DNA of 64,000 bases from Octopus bimaculoides (lineage: Eukaryota): the NCBI RefSeq assembly GCF_001194135.2, contig NC_068982.1:29404054-29468053 (forward strand). The letters run 5' to 3'. Positions 51,661 to 64,000 of the stretch are shown piece by piece (position 1 is the stretch's first letter; every line of letters begins with the position of its first letter). The translations under genes and the position numbers were made by a program. Under the pieces are notes generated by a model that was not told where the DNA came from, did no database searches, and worked only from the letters and a program-made list of their open reading frames with translations.

Positions 51661-52249
51661 CAATTTGTATTTTCTTTTCTTATGACAAAGCAGCATACTT
51701 ATTTTATTTCTTGCTTCTTCTCGATTGATTTATACCAATACAAACCCACCAATTTGCTTAAATTCTAAAATTTATATTGAAATTACTGGTTATTTTATTT
51801 TATCTATTTTTATTTTTGCTATACTATTTTAAAAATCCCAACAACTGTTTGCAAGTTTAAATTGATCTTCAAAAAAATTACTTTAACAAATTCTAACTAA
51901 ATAGCAGAAAGGTTTGTATGTCAATATAATGAGCCAATATCTGAGGTAAAATTTCATAAGTTATTTGATACAAAACAATTGAAGAAGTTTTATTTTGACT
52001 TGTTAATGTGTAATTAGATGTAAATTGGCATCTAATTTACTTTTTCTTTTTTAAAAAAAGTTTTACATTGCATTTCTGTAATATAATAATGTAATTCTAT
52101 TAAAATGAAAAAATAAAATGTGTGTGTATGTATGTATGTATGCATGCATGCATGCATGCATGTATATATGTATGTATGTATGTATGCATGAATGTATGTA
52201 TGTATGTATGCATGTATGAATCTATATATGTATATATAGCTGTATCTTT

Positions 52250-52520
52250 TATGTAGTACTTGTTTCAGTCATTAGACTGTGGCCACACTGGGGCACCATC
52301 TTGAAGAGTCTTTAGTCAAACGAATCAGCCCAAGTTCTTATTTTCCTTTTTAAGCCTTGTGCCTATCCTATCGGTCTCTTTTGATGAACTGCTAAGTTAC
52401 TGGAATATAAATACACCAATACAAGTTGTCAATTGATGATGAGGGACAAACAAAAGCACACACACACACACACATATATACATACATACGTATATGTGCA
52501 TGTATATGTGTGTGTGTATA
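52250..52520 (-). mobile_element. Family C SINE tail + CA/TA hinge
   Basis: TTTCAGTCATT.GACTG.GGCCA...TCGGTCTCTTTT...GAACTGCTAAGTT as at 43830. Confidence 0.7.
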
Positions 52521-52728
52521 TATATATATTAAGGAAAAGGAGCAGTCAGAATTTTGGATAATTCTTTATTATTGCTTTCATCCTTTCATGAAGATTTTTT
52601 TGAAAAATCCTCATGAAAAGTCCTCATGAATGGATGAAAGCACTAATAAAGAATTATTCAAAATTCTGACTGCCTGCTTTTTCTTAATATACAATATCAG
52701 TATATCACTTCAAACACACACACACACA

Positions 52729-52764
<36 letters not shown>

Positions 52765-53159
52765 CTGTATATGTCTGACCATGGGGAAATTATTACCTTG
52801 CATGGAAATGGATAAGTGTTGGCGACAGGAAGAGAATCCAGCCATAGAAAATCTGCCTCAATAAACTCCAACTCATGAAAGCATAGAAATGATGATATAA
52901 TGATATATATATATAATAACTGAACAAACCAACATCAATCATATCTTGATTGAAATCAATTTTATCTTTTAAATAAAATAACCATTAATTATCATCATGT
53001 CAAACAACCATTCATTCATAGTTATTTTAGATATATCTGATATTTGCATGTTTCAGTTTTCAGTAATAAAAGAATCCAAATTTAGAAGAGTTTGAAAATT
53101 AATGTAGTTAACAGCATTGCTCAATTGAAAGTGTTTTCTTCCTTTGAAATGAACTTATT

Positions 53160-53203
<44 letters not shown>

Positions 53204-53244
53204 NNNNNNNNNNNNNNNNNNNNNNNNNNNNNNNNNNNNNNNNN

Positions 53245-53292
<48 letters not shown>

Positions 53293-53434
53293 TCATCTTT
53301 CTTTTTTTAACTAAAGATTTTCTCAATTGTTTTATTGCAGTACTATTCAAGTACCAGATATCTGCTTATCAAGTTAATCTCTGACTATTATCTTGAATAT
53401 CTCCAAAAAACGATCCTATTTAATAAAAAAAATT

Positions 53435-53861
53435 GATGCACCCATCCATATGTCTGGGAAGTATGCTTTTCAACCCACATGGTTCCAGGTTCAGTCTCAC
53501 TGCGTGGTACCTTGGGCAAGTGTCTTCTAGTATAGCTTTAGGTTGACCAAAGCCTTGTGAGTGGATCTGGTAGATAGAAACTGAAAGAAGCCCATCGTTT
53601 GTGTGTGTCCAATTGTACATGCATGCATGTGTCATTGTGCTTGTGTTTGTCTGCCACCCCCACTTGACAACCAGTACTGGTGTGTTTACATCCCTGTAAC
53701 TTAGCAGTTTGGCAATAGAGACTGATAGAATAAGCACCAAGCTTAAAAAGAAAATAAGTGCTATGGTAAATTAGCTTGACAGAAAATTCCTCAAGGCGGT
53801 GTCTCAGCACAGTCACAGTCTAAGGACTGAAACAAAAGATAAAAGATAAAAAATAAAAGAT
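53435..53861 (+). mobile_element. Full composite SINE: family B head + TG/ATGC hinge + family C tail
   Basis: Head to 53598, hinge 53598-53645, C tail, terminal (AAAGAT)n. Confidence 0.8.
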
Positions 53862-54443
53862 GTAATTTTAAAAGCACACATAAGATGCTAAATCTGACTA
53901 TAATACTTTCTAAACTACAAGCATCAGTGAGTTTGGTGCTTAGCTCCTATTTCTATGGCATTACAAAGATAAAGAGATGAACATATCTCTTCCTGGATAG
54001 AATGCTATTAGTTTTTCCCTAAGGACAGAACTGACACCACACTGCCAGTCAATGAATCAATTTTCTATTCTAGGCACAGGCAACCTTTTTCAAGAAGCAG
54101 GCCACATTAGACATGGTTCATCATCAGGGCCATGCTACAAGAAAAATCCAAGCTAATTTTTCATTTGGTATGCTATTCAGAAAATCCCATGAGTCACAGT
54201 TTACCCAGGATTGGTGTAAGCATTTCCTTATTTCCATTTCAATGTTTCAGTTTACATCAGTATCCTTCCTACTTGTTTGTATGATAGAGCAAATGGCCAT
54301 CCATAACTATTTCCTCACTTCCCATTCATATATCTAATACGTCTTGATACAATGCAATCATAGATATCATCATTGAAGATTTAAGATTATGATTTAAAGC
54401 AAGTTTGGCAGCTATTTCTTGCAGATCTAGTGATTGTGTAGAG

Positions 54444-54806
54444 TAGTGGCTCTTAACTATTTTTTTTATCTATGAAACCCTTTGATTCTTAAAAAATCTA
54501 TTATAATTTTATTATTAAATATTGGAAATTGTATAAAAAACTAAAAATATCTTAAAAGTAATGTTTGTTACCATTTCAACATGGCTATTCCATACAAAAC
54601 TACATTACTACCATTTCTTTTTAAACCCAAGAGGACATCTCCTCCAGCTGGTTAACAACACAACCTGTGTCTGATATATTGCAAGCAGGGGAGTGAACCC
54701 ATGTATTGTAGAAGTATAACCAATTTATCATTGCAGATAAATTTTAACAACAAATTCTTTTATGGATTCCTCCAAAGGTCATATGAGCCCTGGTTGAGAA
54801 CCATTG
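54444..54806. mobile_element. hAT (Charlie-like) MITE
   Basis: Ends TAGTGGCTCTTAAC / GTTGAGAACCATTG (10/14 inverted match); 8-bp flanks GTGTAGAG and ATGTAGAA (6/8) fit the hAT 8-bp TSD with an NT(C/G)TAGAN preference. Confidence 0.65.
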
Positions 54807-54999
54807 ATGTAGAACATGTATGGACAAGCCTTTTTTGAGAAGCAGGCTACACTTCTAAAATATCTGAAGATAATTTTTTATTAGGTGTGACATTCAGAAA
54901 CTCCAGTGGGCTGCAGGTTGCCAATGGCTGTTCTATTCCATATTATTGTTGCTCAACCATTTAAATTAGTTTTTGGCATAATATTACTGTTTAAGTGAA

Positions 55000-55330
55000 G
55001 GTGCATGGCTCAGTGGTTAGAGCATTTGGTTCATAATCATGAGGTAGTGAATTTGATTCCTGAACCTGGATGTGTGTTGTGTTCTTGCACAAGACACTTT
55101 ATTTCATGTTATTCCAGTTCACTCAGCTGTAGAAATGAGTTGCAACATCACTGGTGTGAAGCTGTACCAGCTTTTGCCTTTCCCTTGGATAACAATGGTG
55201 GTTTGGAAAGGGGAAGCTGGTATGCATGGGCAACTGCTGGTCTATAAAAAACCTTGCCCAGACATGTGTCTCGGAGGGTAACTTTCTAGATGCAATTCCA
55301 TGACCATTCATAACCAGAAGGAGTCTTTAC
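55000..55330 (+). mobile_element. Full-length tRNA-headed SINE (family G)
   Basis: GGTGCATGGCTCAGTGGTTAGAGCA...TTTGATTCCTG head, then a body homologous to 40687-40923. Confidence 0.8.
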
Positions 55331-55354
55331 TTTTATTAATGTTTAACATCATAC

Positions 55355-55790
55355 TCGATGACTGGCATCTGTACCAGTGGAGCACTAACAGCACTGTCCG
55401 AGCAGGTTCATTGCCAGAGCAGCTGTCTGGCTTCCATGCTGGTGGCCCATAAATAGCACCATTTGAGCGTAATCGTTACCAGTGTCGCCTTCTAGCACTT
55501 GTGCTGGTGGCACGTTAGAAAATCATTCGAGCGAGGTTGTTGCCAGTGCCGCTGGACTGGCTCCCATGCAGGTGGCATGTAAAAAACACCTTTTTGAGTG
55601 TGGACATTGCCAGTACCATGTGACTGGCCCTCATGCCAGTGACACGTAAAAGCACTACACTCTCGGAGTGGTTGGCATTAGGAAGGGCATCCAGTTGTAG
55701 AAACTCTGCCAGATCTGGCTTGCCAGTCCTCAGTCAAATCGTCCAGCCCATGCTAGCATGGAAAGCGGACGTTAAATGAGGAGGATGATC
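55355..55790 (+). mobile_element. Family D repeat with internal tandem array of about 65 bp
   Basis: About 4.5 diverged units starting CTGGC, then the D 3' module and ATG tail. Confidence 0.75.
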
Positions 55791-55859
55791 ATATCTGTGC
55801 ACAGTTATAAGAATTCCGATTTATAAATGATCAAAACCCAGTGTATTTTTTTATCTTCT

Positions 55860-56281
55860 ACCTGTTTCAGTCATTGGACAATGACCAGGTAAGGTACCCA
55901 CCCTGAAGGATTTAGCTGAACAAATCGACCCAGTGTTTATTAATTTTAAGCCTGGTGCTTGTTTTATGAACCACTAAGTTATGAGGACACATACAAATCA
56001 ACATCAGTTATCAAGTACTAGCGGGACACAAATACAAACATACATAGAGTATAAATATATGTGTGCACACACACACACACATATATGTATCTTTTACTTC
56101 TTTCAGTCATTAGACTACTGCCATGCTGGAGCACCACCTTAAAGAACTTTAGTCAAATAAATCGACCCCAGTGGTCAATTTTGTTTTTAAGCATCGTTCT
56201 TAATTTTCCTGTTCCTTTTTATACTTCTATGTTACAAGTATGTCAAGAAACCAATACCAGTTATTGAGCATTGGTGGGAGA

Positions 56282-56332
<51 letters not shown>

Positions 56333-56430
56333 ACACACACACACATGATGGGTTTCTTTCAGTTTCCGTCTACCAAATCCACTCACAAGGTTTTGGTCAG
56401 CCTGGGGCTATAGCAGAAGATACTTGAGAC
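55860..56430 (-). mobile_element. Two family C tails, the second joined via (CA)n to a truncated B head
   Basis: TTTCAGTCATT.GAC motifs at about 55865 and 56101; B head 56345-56425. Confidence 0.65.
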
Positions 56431-56834
56431 AGAAACCAAAACAACATAGCTAAAATGCAAATTTCTTACTACACAGTCATGTATGTGTTGATATGTGAAA
56501 GTTCAACCATAATTCTTTTCTGTTTTTTTCATATCTAAATCAAATTTCCCATGCTACAGAAACATTTATCCAATTTTTCAAACCCAATTGGTTATTTATT
56601 TTCTTAATGACAATTCTTAAATGTCTTGACACACACAAGTATTATTTGTTTATTTCTGCTTAACATGTTATGTTATGATGAACTCCTAACACCTGTATTC
56701 ATGCTTCAATCTCATTATATTTGACTATTTATGCAATTTTTTTCTCTCTATTGTAACATAATTTCATATCATGCATAAAATCAGATCAATCTGTCTGATA
56801 TGAAGTTTTACAAATATATGAATGCCATTTGAGT

Positions 56835-57140
<306 letters not shown>

Positions 57141-57244
57141 AATATATAACTTTGATAACTTTGATAGGTTTCAGTCAGTATAGTCCCAGGTCATGTCTAA
57201 CTTAATAGCACCACCTGGTGCTATATATATGTTTGTGTGTGTAT

Positions 57245-57575
57245 AGGTGCAGGCGTGGATATGTGGTAAGGAGTTTACTTCCCAGCCTCTTGTTCTGGGT
57301 TCAATCCCACTGTATGGTACCTTGGGCAAGTATCTTTTTACTATGAGCCAAGGGCTGACCAAAGTCATGAGAGTACGTATAATAGATGGGAGCTTTGTGG
57401 AAGTCTGCCATATATATCAGTGTCATGCAAATAGCACCCTTGCTGGTGGCATGTAAAAGCACCCATTACACTCTCAGAGTGGTTGGCATTAGGAAGGGTA
57501 TCCAGCCTTAGAATGCCATGCCAAATCAGACTGGCGCCATGCCAGCATGGACGACGGATGTTAAATGATGATGAA
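57245..57575 (+). mobile_element. Composite SINE: family B head + family D tail
   Basis: GGTGCAGGCGTGG...CCTTGGGCAAGT head, then GGTGGCATGTAAAAGCACCC...CCATGCCAGCATGG-ATG tail. Confidence 0.7.
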
Positions 57576-57669
57576 GATACACACAGACACACAGACACAC
57601 AGACAGATACACACACACACATGTATATATAAATATATATTGGGTTGGCAACTAAGTTCCTGCCTAAGT

Positions 57670-57960
57670 CTGATGTCTATTCTATTGGTCTCTTTTGCTG
57701 AATTGCTAAGATATGTGGATGTAAACAAACCAGCATTATTTGTCAAGTGGTAATGAGGGATAAGCACAGAAACACATACATTTATATATATATATGTGTG
57801 CATATGTATGTGTGTGTGTGCGTCTGATGAGCTTCGTCATAGTTTCTATTTATCAAATTCCCTCACAGGGAATTTGGTAATCCAGTCAGCCCTGGATTAC
57901 AGTAGAAGATATTTACCTATGGTGCCCAAACTTGCAAAGTGAACTTCTTAACTACACATA
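57670..57960 (-). mobile_element. Composite SINE: family B head + hinge + partial C tail
   Basis: TTGGTCTCTTTTGCTGAA.TGCTAAG tail; head 57830-57960. Confidence 0.6.
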
Positions 57961-58468
57961 TTTTGAAATGTTTATATCTAAATTATAACTTTCTATCATA
58001 ACATTAGTAACTTTTGTTAAATTATGATTCAATTACCAGTTTAATAATATAAATATTTATCATTTTAGTAAATCACTAAAAATTCCTGATTAGTTTCAAA
58101 ATTACTCAAAACATTTATGTAATGTGTTCAAGGGCTTTTAAAGATATATTCATATTGCTTGACTTAACAAAGAAGTGTAATTTTTGATAGACTAATGTAT
58201 GTAGTCAGATTGTAGTTTATCCAATTTTCAAAAATTAAATCAAGACAGTTATAGTGGCTGTTAATTGAAGATTGCTGGTTAGTTGTAAGAAGTAAATAAA
58301 TATTTATAATGTTCATATATTATTAGAAAATTTTCTTATTTTTTATTTGAATGTCATTAATCTCAGGTTTAAAAATTGAAACATTACAAAGGGATACAGC
58401 AATAGTATAGCCATTTAAAACCTAATGAGATATAAATTTATTTTGATAATCACTGATGAGAAAATATT

Positions 58469-58899
58469 CTTTTCTACTCTAGGCACAAGGCCAGAAATTT
58501 TTGGGGAGGGGGCCTGTTGATTAGATTGACTCCAGTACGCAACTGCTACTTAATTTATCGATCCCAAAAGGATGAAAGGCAAAGTTGACCTCAGTGGAAT
58601 TTGAACTCAGAACGTAAAGACAGACAAAATACCACTAAACATTTCGGCTGGCGTGCTAGTGTTTTTTATTTTTTTACTATCCACAAGGGGTTACACACAG
58701 GGGGGACAAAGAAGGACAGACAAACGGATTAAGTCGATTATATCGACTCCAGTGCATAACTGGTACTTATTTAATCGATCCTGAAAGGATGAAAGGCAAA
58801 GCCGGCCTCTGCGGAATTTGAACTCAGAACGTAGCAGCAGACGAAATATCACTAAGCATTTTGCCCAGTATGCTAACGTTTCTGTCATCTTGCTGCCTT
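58469..58899 (-). mobile_element. Dimeric family A SINE, copy 2
   Basis: Same two-monomer layout and junction as 2591-3018; flanked by the 17-bp direct repeat ACTGATGAGAAAATATT (58452-58468 and 58900-58916). Confidence 0.88.
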
Positions 58900-59667
58900 A
58901 CTGATGAGAAAATATTATCAGGCTCAAAATAATTGCAGAGCAACGCTAGATTCAAACATAAATATGCGTATATGCATGTGCTTGTAATTTGTATTCAAGT
59001 GAGCATGTATGTTCATGTGCAATAATTATTTAATTATTTCTATAAAGAAAGAGTTGATTTCTAACAAAGAGGCAAAATTCCAATCATGGATCTTAGATAT
59101 TTTAACAATATGAAATTTTATATACTGAATTTTAAAAAGAGTTTTGCATATTTTAACTATTCCATTTTCAAAAAGTATTTGAAAAGTGTGCTTAAAACCC
59201 CCATTTTTATAGATTGTCATTTAGACAGAAGCCGTTAGTTCTGAGGAAGTTGTCCATAAATATTCACTTTCTCCTTGATTTNNNNNNNNNNNNNNNNNNN
59301 NNNNNNNNNNNNNNNNNNNNNNNNNNNNNNNNNNNNNNNNNNNNNNNNNNNNNNNNNNNNNNNNNNNNNNNNNNNNNNNNNNNNNNNNNNNNNNNNNNNN
59401 NNNNNNNNNNNNNNNNNNNNNNNNNNNNNNNNNTATATATATATATATATGTATATATAGATATATATAGTTGACATGTATTTCATTAAGAACGTATCAG
59501 AGTACAAAATAGAGCTTGTTCACCATTAAAATTACCAGATAGCTGACAGTATTATGGTATTCCTCGTGTGTGAAAAATAAAAAGTAAAGAATAGAGTCAA
59601 AAGGAAGAAGGAGTACGAATTGACAGCTATTTAATGACAACTACACATGTTTTAATACAACATAGAT

Positions 59668-59705
<38 letters not shown>

Positions 59706-59709
<4 letters not shown>

Positions 59710-59885
59710 TCGTCGTTTAACGTCCGCTTTCCATGCTGGCATGGGTTGGACGATTTGACTGAGGACTGGTGAAACCAGATGGCTACGCCAGGCTCCAATC
59801 TGATTTGGCAGAGTTTCTACAGCTGGATGCCCTTCCTAACGTCAACCACTCCGAGAGTGTAGTGGGTGCTTTTATGTGCCACGCT
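59706..59885 (-). mobile_element. Family D 3' module, CpG-rich (young) copy, between (TA)n tracts
   Basis: TCGTCGTCGTTTAACGTCCGCTTTCCATGCTGGCATGG...GGATGCCCTTCCTAACG. Confidence 0.8.
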
Positions 59886-59891
59886 CGAAAT

Positions 59892-59928
<37 letters not shown>

Positions 59929-59959
59929 GATTTAAATTTAAATTAAGTAATGTTTTACC

Positions 59960-60860
59960 TGTATAATAGAACCCAGTTGTATCTCCTCAGGTGATATATA
60001 ATCACTGTCTCAGTAAATAAATGTTTGATTTCGGTGCTAGCATCACACACACACACATACATGTATCTTCTATATTTATCTCATGATAGTCATTTCTCTG
60101 GATGGAATTATATATTGTTTTAACACTGTTATGCGATATTGGAAGATAGTACTTGAATGATATTTTGGTCAGATTTTTTACCACAAGTGTAACATCTTCC
60201 ATCAAAATATAGCATAACCAACCTTTTTTGGTGGCATTTTGTGGGTTTTAGGATTTCACTTTCTCCTTTGTCCATTGTATATTTTGTCGCTGTCTCTCAC
60301 TGGATAGTAAAACCATAATCTTCAAGATGTGAAGTGATATAACAGCTTGAGTTTAAGCAAAAACGTACTTTTTGTCGATGTTGCCACCATCTTCAAGACT
60401 ATCAGAAGTCTACAAATGTACCACCTTTTGTTGCTATGTAGATTGTTTTACCTCCAGGTCTTTCTTAAGGCAAGCTAATCCAGAAATTTTGGAGTTACAT
60501 GTTAGCTCATTAGAAAATAAGCACTTTTTGAAAAGTTCATTCCAAGCATGTAAGATATTCATTTTATACACTCGGTTGATCTATGTATGAACAATGCCAT
60601 TGTTCAGCAAATGCAGTTCGATTGTTACTTTTTGACATTTAAAAGCTTTCCTGACTGATCTTAAGCATCTTCCCCACATTCTTCTTCTGAGAAAGAACAG
60701 CTCAGTTTCACTATTTTTGATAAGGCTTCAGGTTGATATTAGGTGTTAGCAATATCTAACATCTATGGAACTTATTCTATCCCTGGATAAGTCAAGTATC
60801 CTAAATGATACCAGAACTTCTACTGCAAATGCATTGTTGGCTGTTTGCTGTCTTGTTAAG
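59960..60860 (-). mobile_element. Decayed RLE-type LINE, same family as 1225-2020 and 49183-49865
   Basis: Minus frame MEDVTLVVKNLTKISFKYYLPISHNSVKTIYNSI parallels EDITHIISSCSKISS*YYLLMRHGVVARTLYNEI; ACTGCAAATGCATTGT is shared with 49750. Confidence 0.6.
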
Positions 60861-61499
60861 TAGAAAGTTCTGACACCATATTTTTTTGAAGTCTAGTATA
60901 ATTTTCTTTGGTCACTCTATCTTTGCTGTCAGCAGTTTTGTATAATACATTCTACTCTATGCTTGTATATCTGTATGTATGTGAGCATGTGTATGTATGT
61001 AAGTGTTTATGTATGTATTTATGCATGTACGTGTGTAGGTATACATGTATATATGTGAGTATGCATGCATACATTTATTTGTATGTTCATAAATGTGTCT
61101 GCATAAGTTTTTGCTAAAATGAAAAGAGGATCAAAGCACATAGAAAACAAAGAATTTCAAACGTAATAAATTTCTCCTTGGCATAATTATCAAAGTAAAA
61201 TTGACAAATCATCAGCAAGGATTCTTCTGAAAAATGTTTGACAGAAAGAAAAACATACTTAAAAACATTGAGACAGAAACAGATTATTTCGTTCAACAAA
61301 CTGCAAAATGAGAAATTTAATCAAGATTGAATGCAAAAAAGAAAAAAAGAAAATGAAATGAAAAGATATAACATTTTTACATTTCAAATAAAAACAAAAT
61401 ATTTCAGTCATAAATAACAATTTTTGTATTTTAGGTTTTACAATGACATATTGAGACACATACAGACACATACCACATGTGTATATACAACCACACATT

Positions 61500-61505
61500 C
61501 TCTTC

Positions 61506-61543
<38 letters not shown>

Positions 61544-61604
61544 TGCACAAAATATACATATACATGCATATGTATGTATGAGTATGTATATATGTGTGTG
61601 TGTG

Positions 61605-61676
<72 letters not shown>

Positions 61677-61760
61677 GAATTCACACACATATATATATAT
61701 AGGGAGAATTCATTTGTGTGTATATATATATATACACACAAATAGATAGATAGATATGGA
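61500..61760. repeat. (CA)n/(TG)n/(TA)n compound microsatellite
   Basis: Direct reading. Confidence 0.95.
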
Positions 61761-63449
61761 AGAGAGAGAAAGAAGAAGAGGAAGAAGAGAGACTGAGAGC
61801 TAAGAGGTAAATATAATGCAGCAGGTACACACACAATAAAACACATCACACATGCACATATGTATGTAGTTTAAAAACTTTCCACTTTCAACTGCCATTT
61901 GTTTTGTTTGAGTTCATGTGCAGGTACACTTCCTTTAACATATTAACATACATTTATATACATATAAACATCCACAAAAACCTTCATATATCTCTGTGCT
62001 AACAGTATATGCATATTGATGCAAGTTTCCATTATTAAAAATCCTTACAACACACACATATGTATACATATATATATATTCATACACCCGTACATATATA
62101 CATATGAAAGCATTTTACGAATAAATTTAAGTGGAATGTGTAATTAAAACAAAATACATTGAGGTGGTATATAGATGAAGATGTGAGTGTGTATTTTCTG
62201 CTTGTTGTTTGGCTGTCCAAGAGATGGAATAACATTCACTATTTAGAATTTAAAATTAATCATATTTACATTGAATTTTAAGTATGTGATTTCTTCTCTT
62301 ATTCCCTTGTGTAGTTACAACTAAATCTATATTGTTAATGTATCTCCTTCTAAAATCTTTCTACATTCCTTCAAGCAACTTATTGATATTGATTTTATAG
62401 AAATGCTAATTAGAAATAAATAGATAATTTTGAATAAAACAAACGTAACCATTAACATCTATCAAAATAAGCCAACCAAGGAGCCTCTTTGCAGTTGCTT
62501 GACACAACAGAAATAGCAGTCAAGTTACTTCAGAGACCAAACTTCTATGGTAAAAAGAAAAGAATGCATTGGATGATGTAGTCAAGGCTGTCTTAGCAGT
62601 CTTATAAGACCCAGGGTAAACCAATGCACTGGGCCCTATAGTATATATTTATTGACTGCAAGCCACAAGTACATAGATCAGAATTGAGCTCCTAGAGCCA
62701 TGAGGCCTGCTGGTAACCGCTCAAGGTGTCCATGCCTTAAATGTAATATTTATTGGACCTCTGTTGGTTTCGACAATAAGTATTTAGTTGTTTGATCATC
62801 TGAATTACCTGTTCAATAGTTTGCAAGTGGCTGAGTATTCCACAGACATGTATAGTCTTTATGTAATTTTTATGTAACGTCAGTGTGAAATAGTGTGACA
62901 GGACTGGACAACTGAATTATAAAAAAATCTATCCAACAAACTTCTGAGCAGTTTCTGTCTACCCAGTTTCACTCATAANNNNNNNNNNTTTCACTCATAA
63001 AGCTTGAGTTGACTTGTATTTCTAATAGGACAAAAAAAAAAAAAAAAAATCTTATACCCCCAGCATGGTGTGCAGTGGGATCAGACCACATGATTATTAA
63101 GTGAACTTCTTGACCATTCCAGACATGCTATGATATACTAGATGTATTAAAAAAGGTAGGTTAATTACAACAAGAATGACTTTGATCAATGGTGAGGTTC
63201 TTCATCTTGTTTGAAATTACCAGGCCAACATCCTAGAACAGAACCTAGGATAAATAACTTGATGAAGTCAGAGACCTTGGCCCTGTCACAACTTCCCATA
63301 GATATGCTGAATAATGGATCCCCTTTCTTTACCTGTAGGAATCATCAAGGAATAGGCTGATTCTGATACTGAAACCACTAATTCTATTAAATTTTACCCA
63401 AGAAACTTCATTATGAAAGGTTAAAAATCCCGTTTATATGTGTGTATAT

Positions 63450-63545
63450 AGATAGATAGATGGATAGATAGATAAATGGATAAATAGATTGATAGATAGA
63501 TAGATAGATAGATATATAGATAGATAGATAGATAGATAGACAGAC

Positions 63546-63590
<45 letters not shown>

Positions 63591-63609
63591 GATAGATAGA
63601 TAGACAGAC

Positions 63610-63647
<38 letters not shown>

Positions 63648-63672
63648 ATAAATAGATAGATAGATAGATATC
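63450..63672. repeat. (GATA)n/(GACA)n array of about 220 bp
   Basis: Direct reading; source of the SIYL ORFs. Confidence 0.95.
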
Positions 63673-64000
63673 CACAATAGGTGGTGTATCTGGCCTACTC
63701 TTTAACTTGTTTCAACTCAAAAGCTGTGGCTATGCTGGGGCACCATATATTTTCAGTTTAACTAAAAGAAGATGACATGTTGATAATATCAGATACTTCA
63801 CATTTTACATAAGAAGTGTGTAACAACTAATCAGGCATTACTATACAACCTTATATAGCATGAAAAGTGAGGTATCAGAGATGGCATATATGGGAGATGA
63901 TTTAATCATGAAATCTTCAGTGGATTAAGTTCCCTGAAACAAATTTAAGCTAACTATTGATTTTTTGATGGCCCAAGGTAAAAAATTTGCAAGGAACGAG

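Noticed and set aside
31606-55655. CRISPR-like arrays
   Set aside because: Tandem units are contiguous with no unique spacers, and the context is eukaryotic

Overview
This is AT-rich, repeat-dense eukaryotic (animal) genomic DNA with 16 assembly gaps (about 3.4 kb of N), most of them next to microsatellites. The tRNA-headed SINE families, RTE/L2/RLE-type LINE relics and very abundant (CA)n/(TA)n/(GATA)n/(CATA)n/(AAT)n/(ATC)n arrays resemble a coleoid cephalopod (Octopus-like) genome; that is my inference from recall, not a database result. I cannot support any host protein-coding gene. The supplied ORFs are microsatellite or gap read-throughs, antisense ORFs, or decayed retrotransposon frames, so the window looks intronic or intergenic. 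Best-supported observations: (i) a dimeric SINE present twice, each copy with its own long target-site duplication; (ii) an R4/Dong-like endonuclease fragment inside a (TAA)n array; (iii) a SINE that splits an L2/CR1 RT relic; (iv) two SINE copies 14.4 kb apart whose identity jumps from about 87% to 126/127; (v) an ETS + perfect DR1 + CCAAT motif cluster in a repeat-poor island; (vi) a pogo/Tigger-like MITE whose inverted repeats supply both splice sites around a 61-codon open frame. I did not find a convincing new protein-coding system. Repeat boundaries are approximate unless TSDs or TIRs are quoted.
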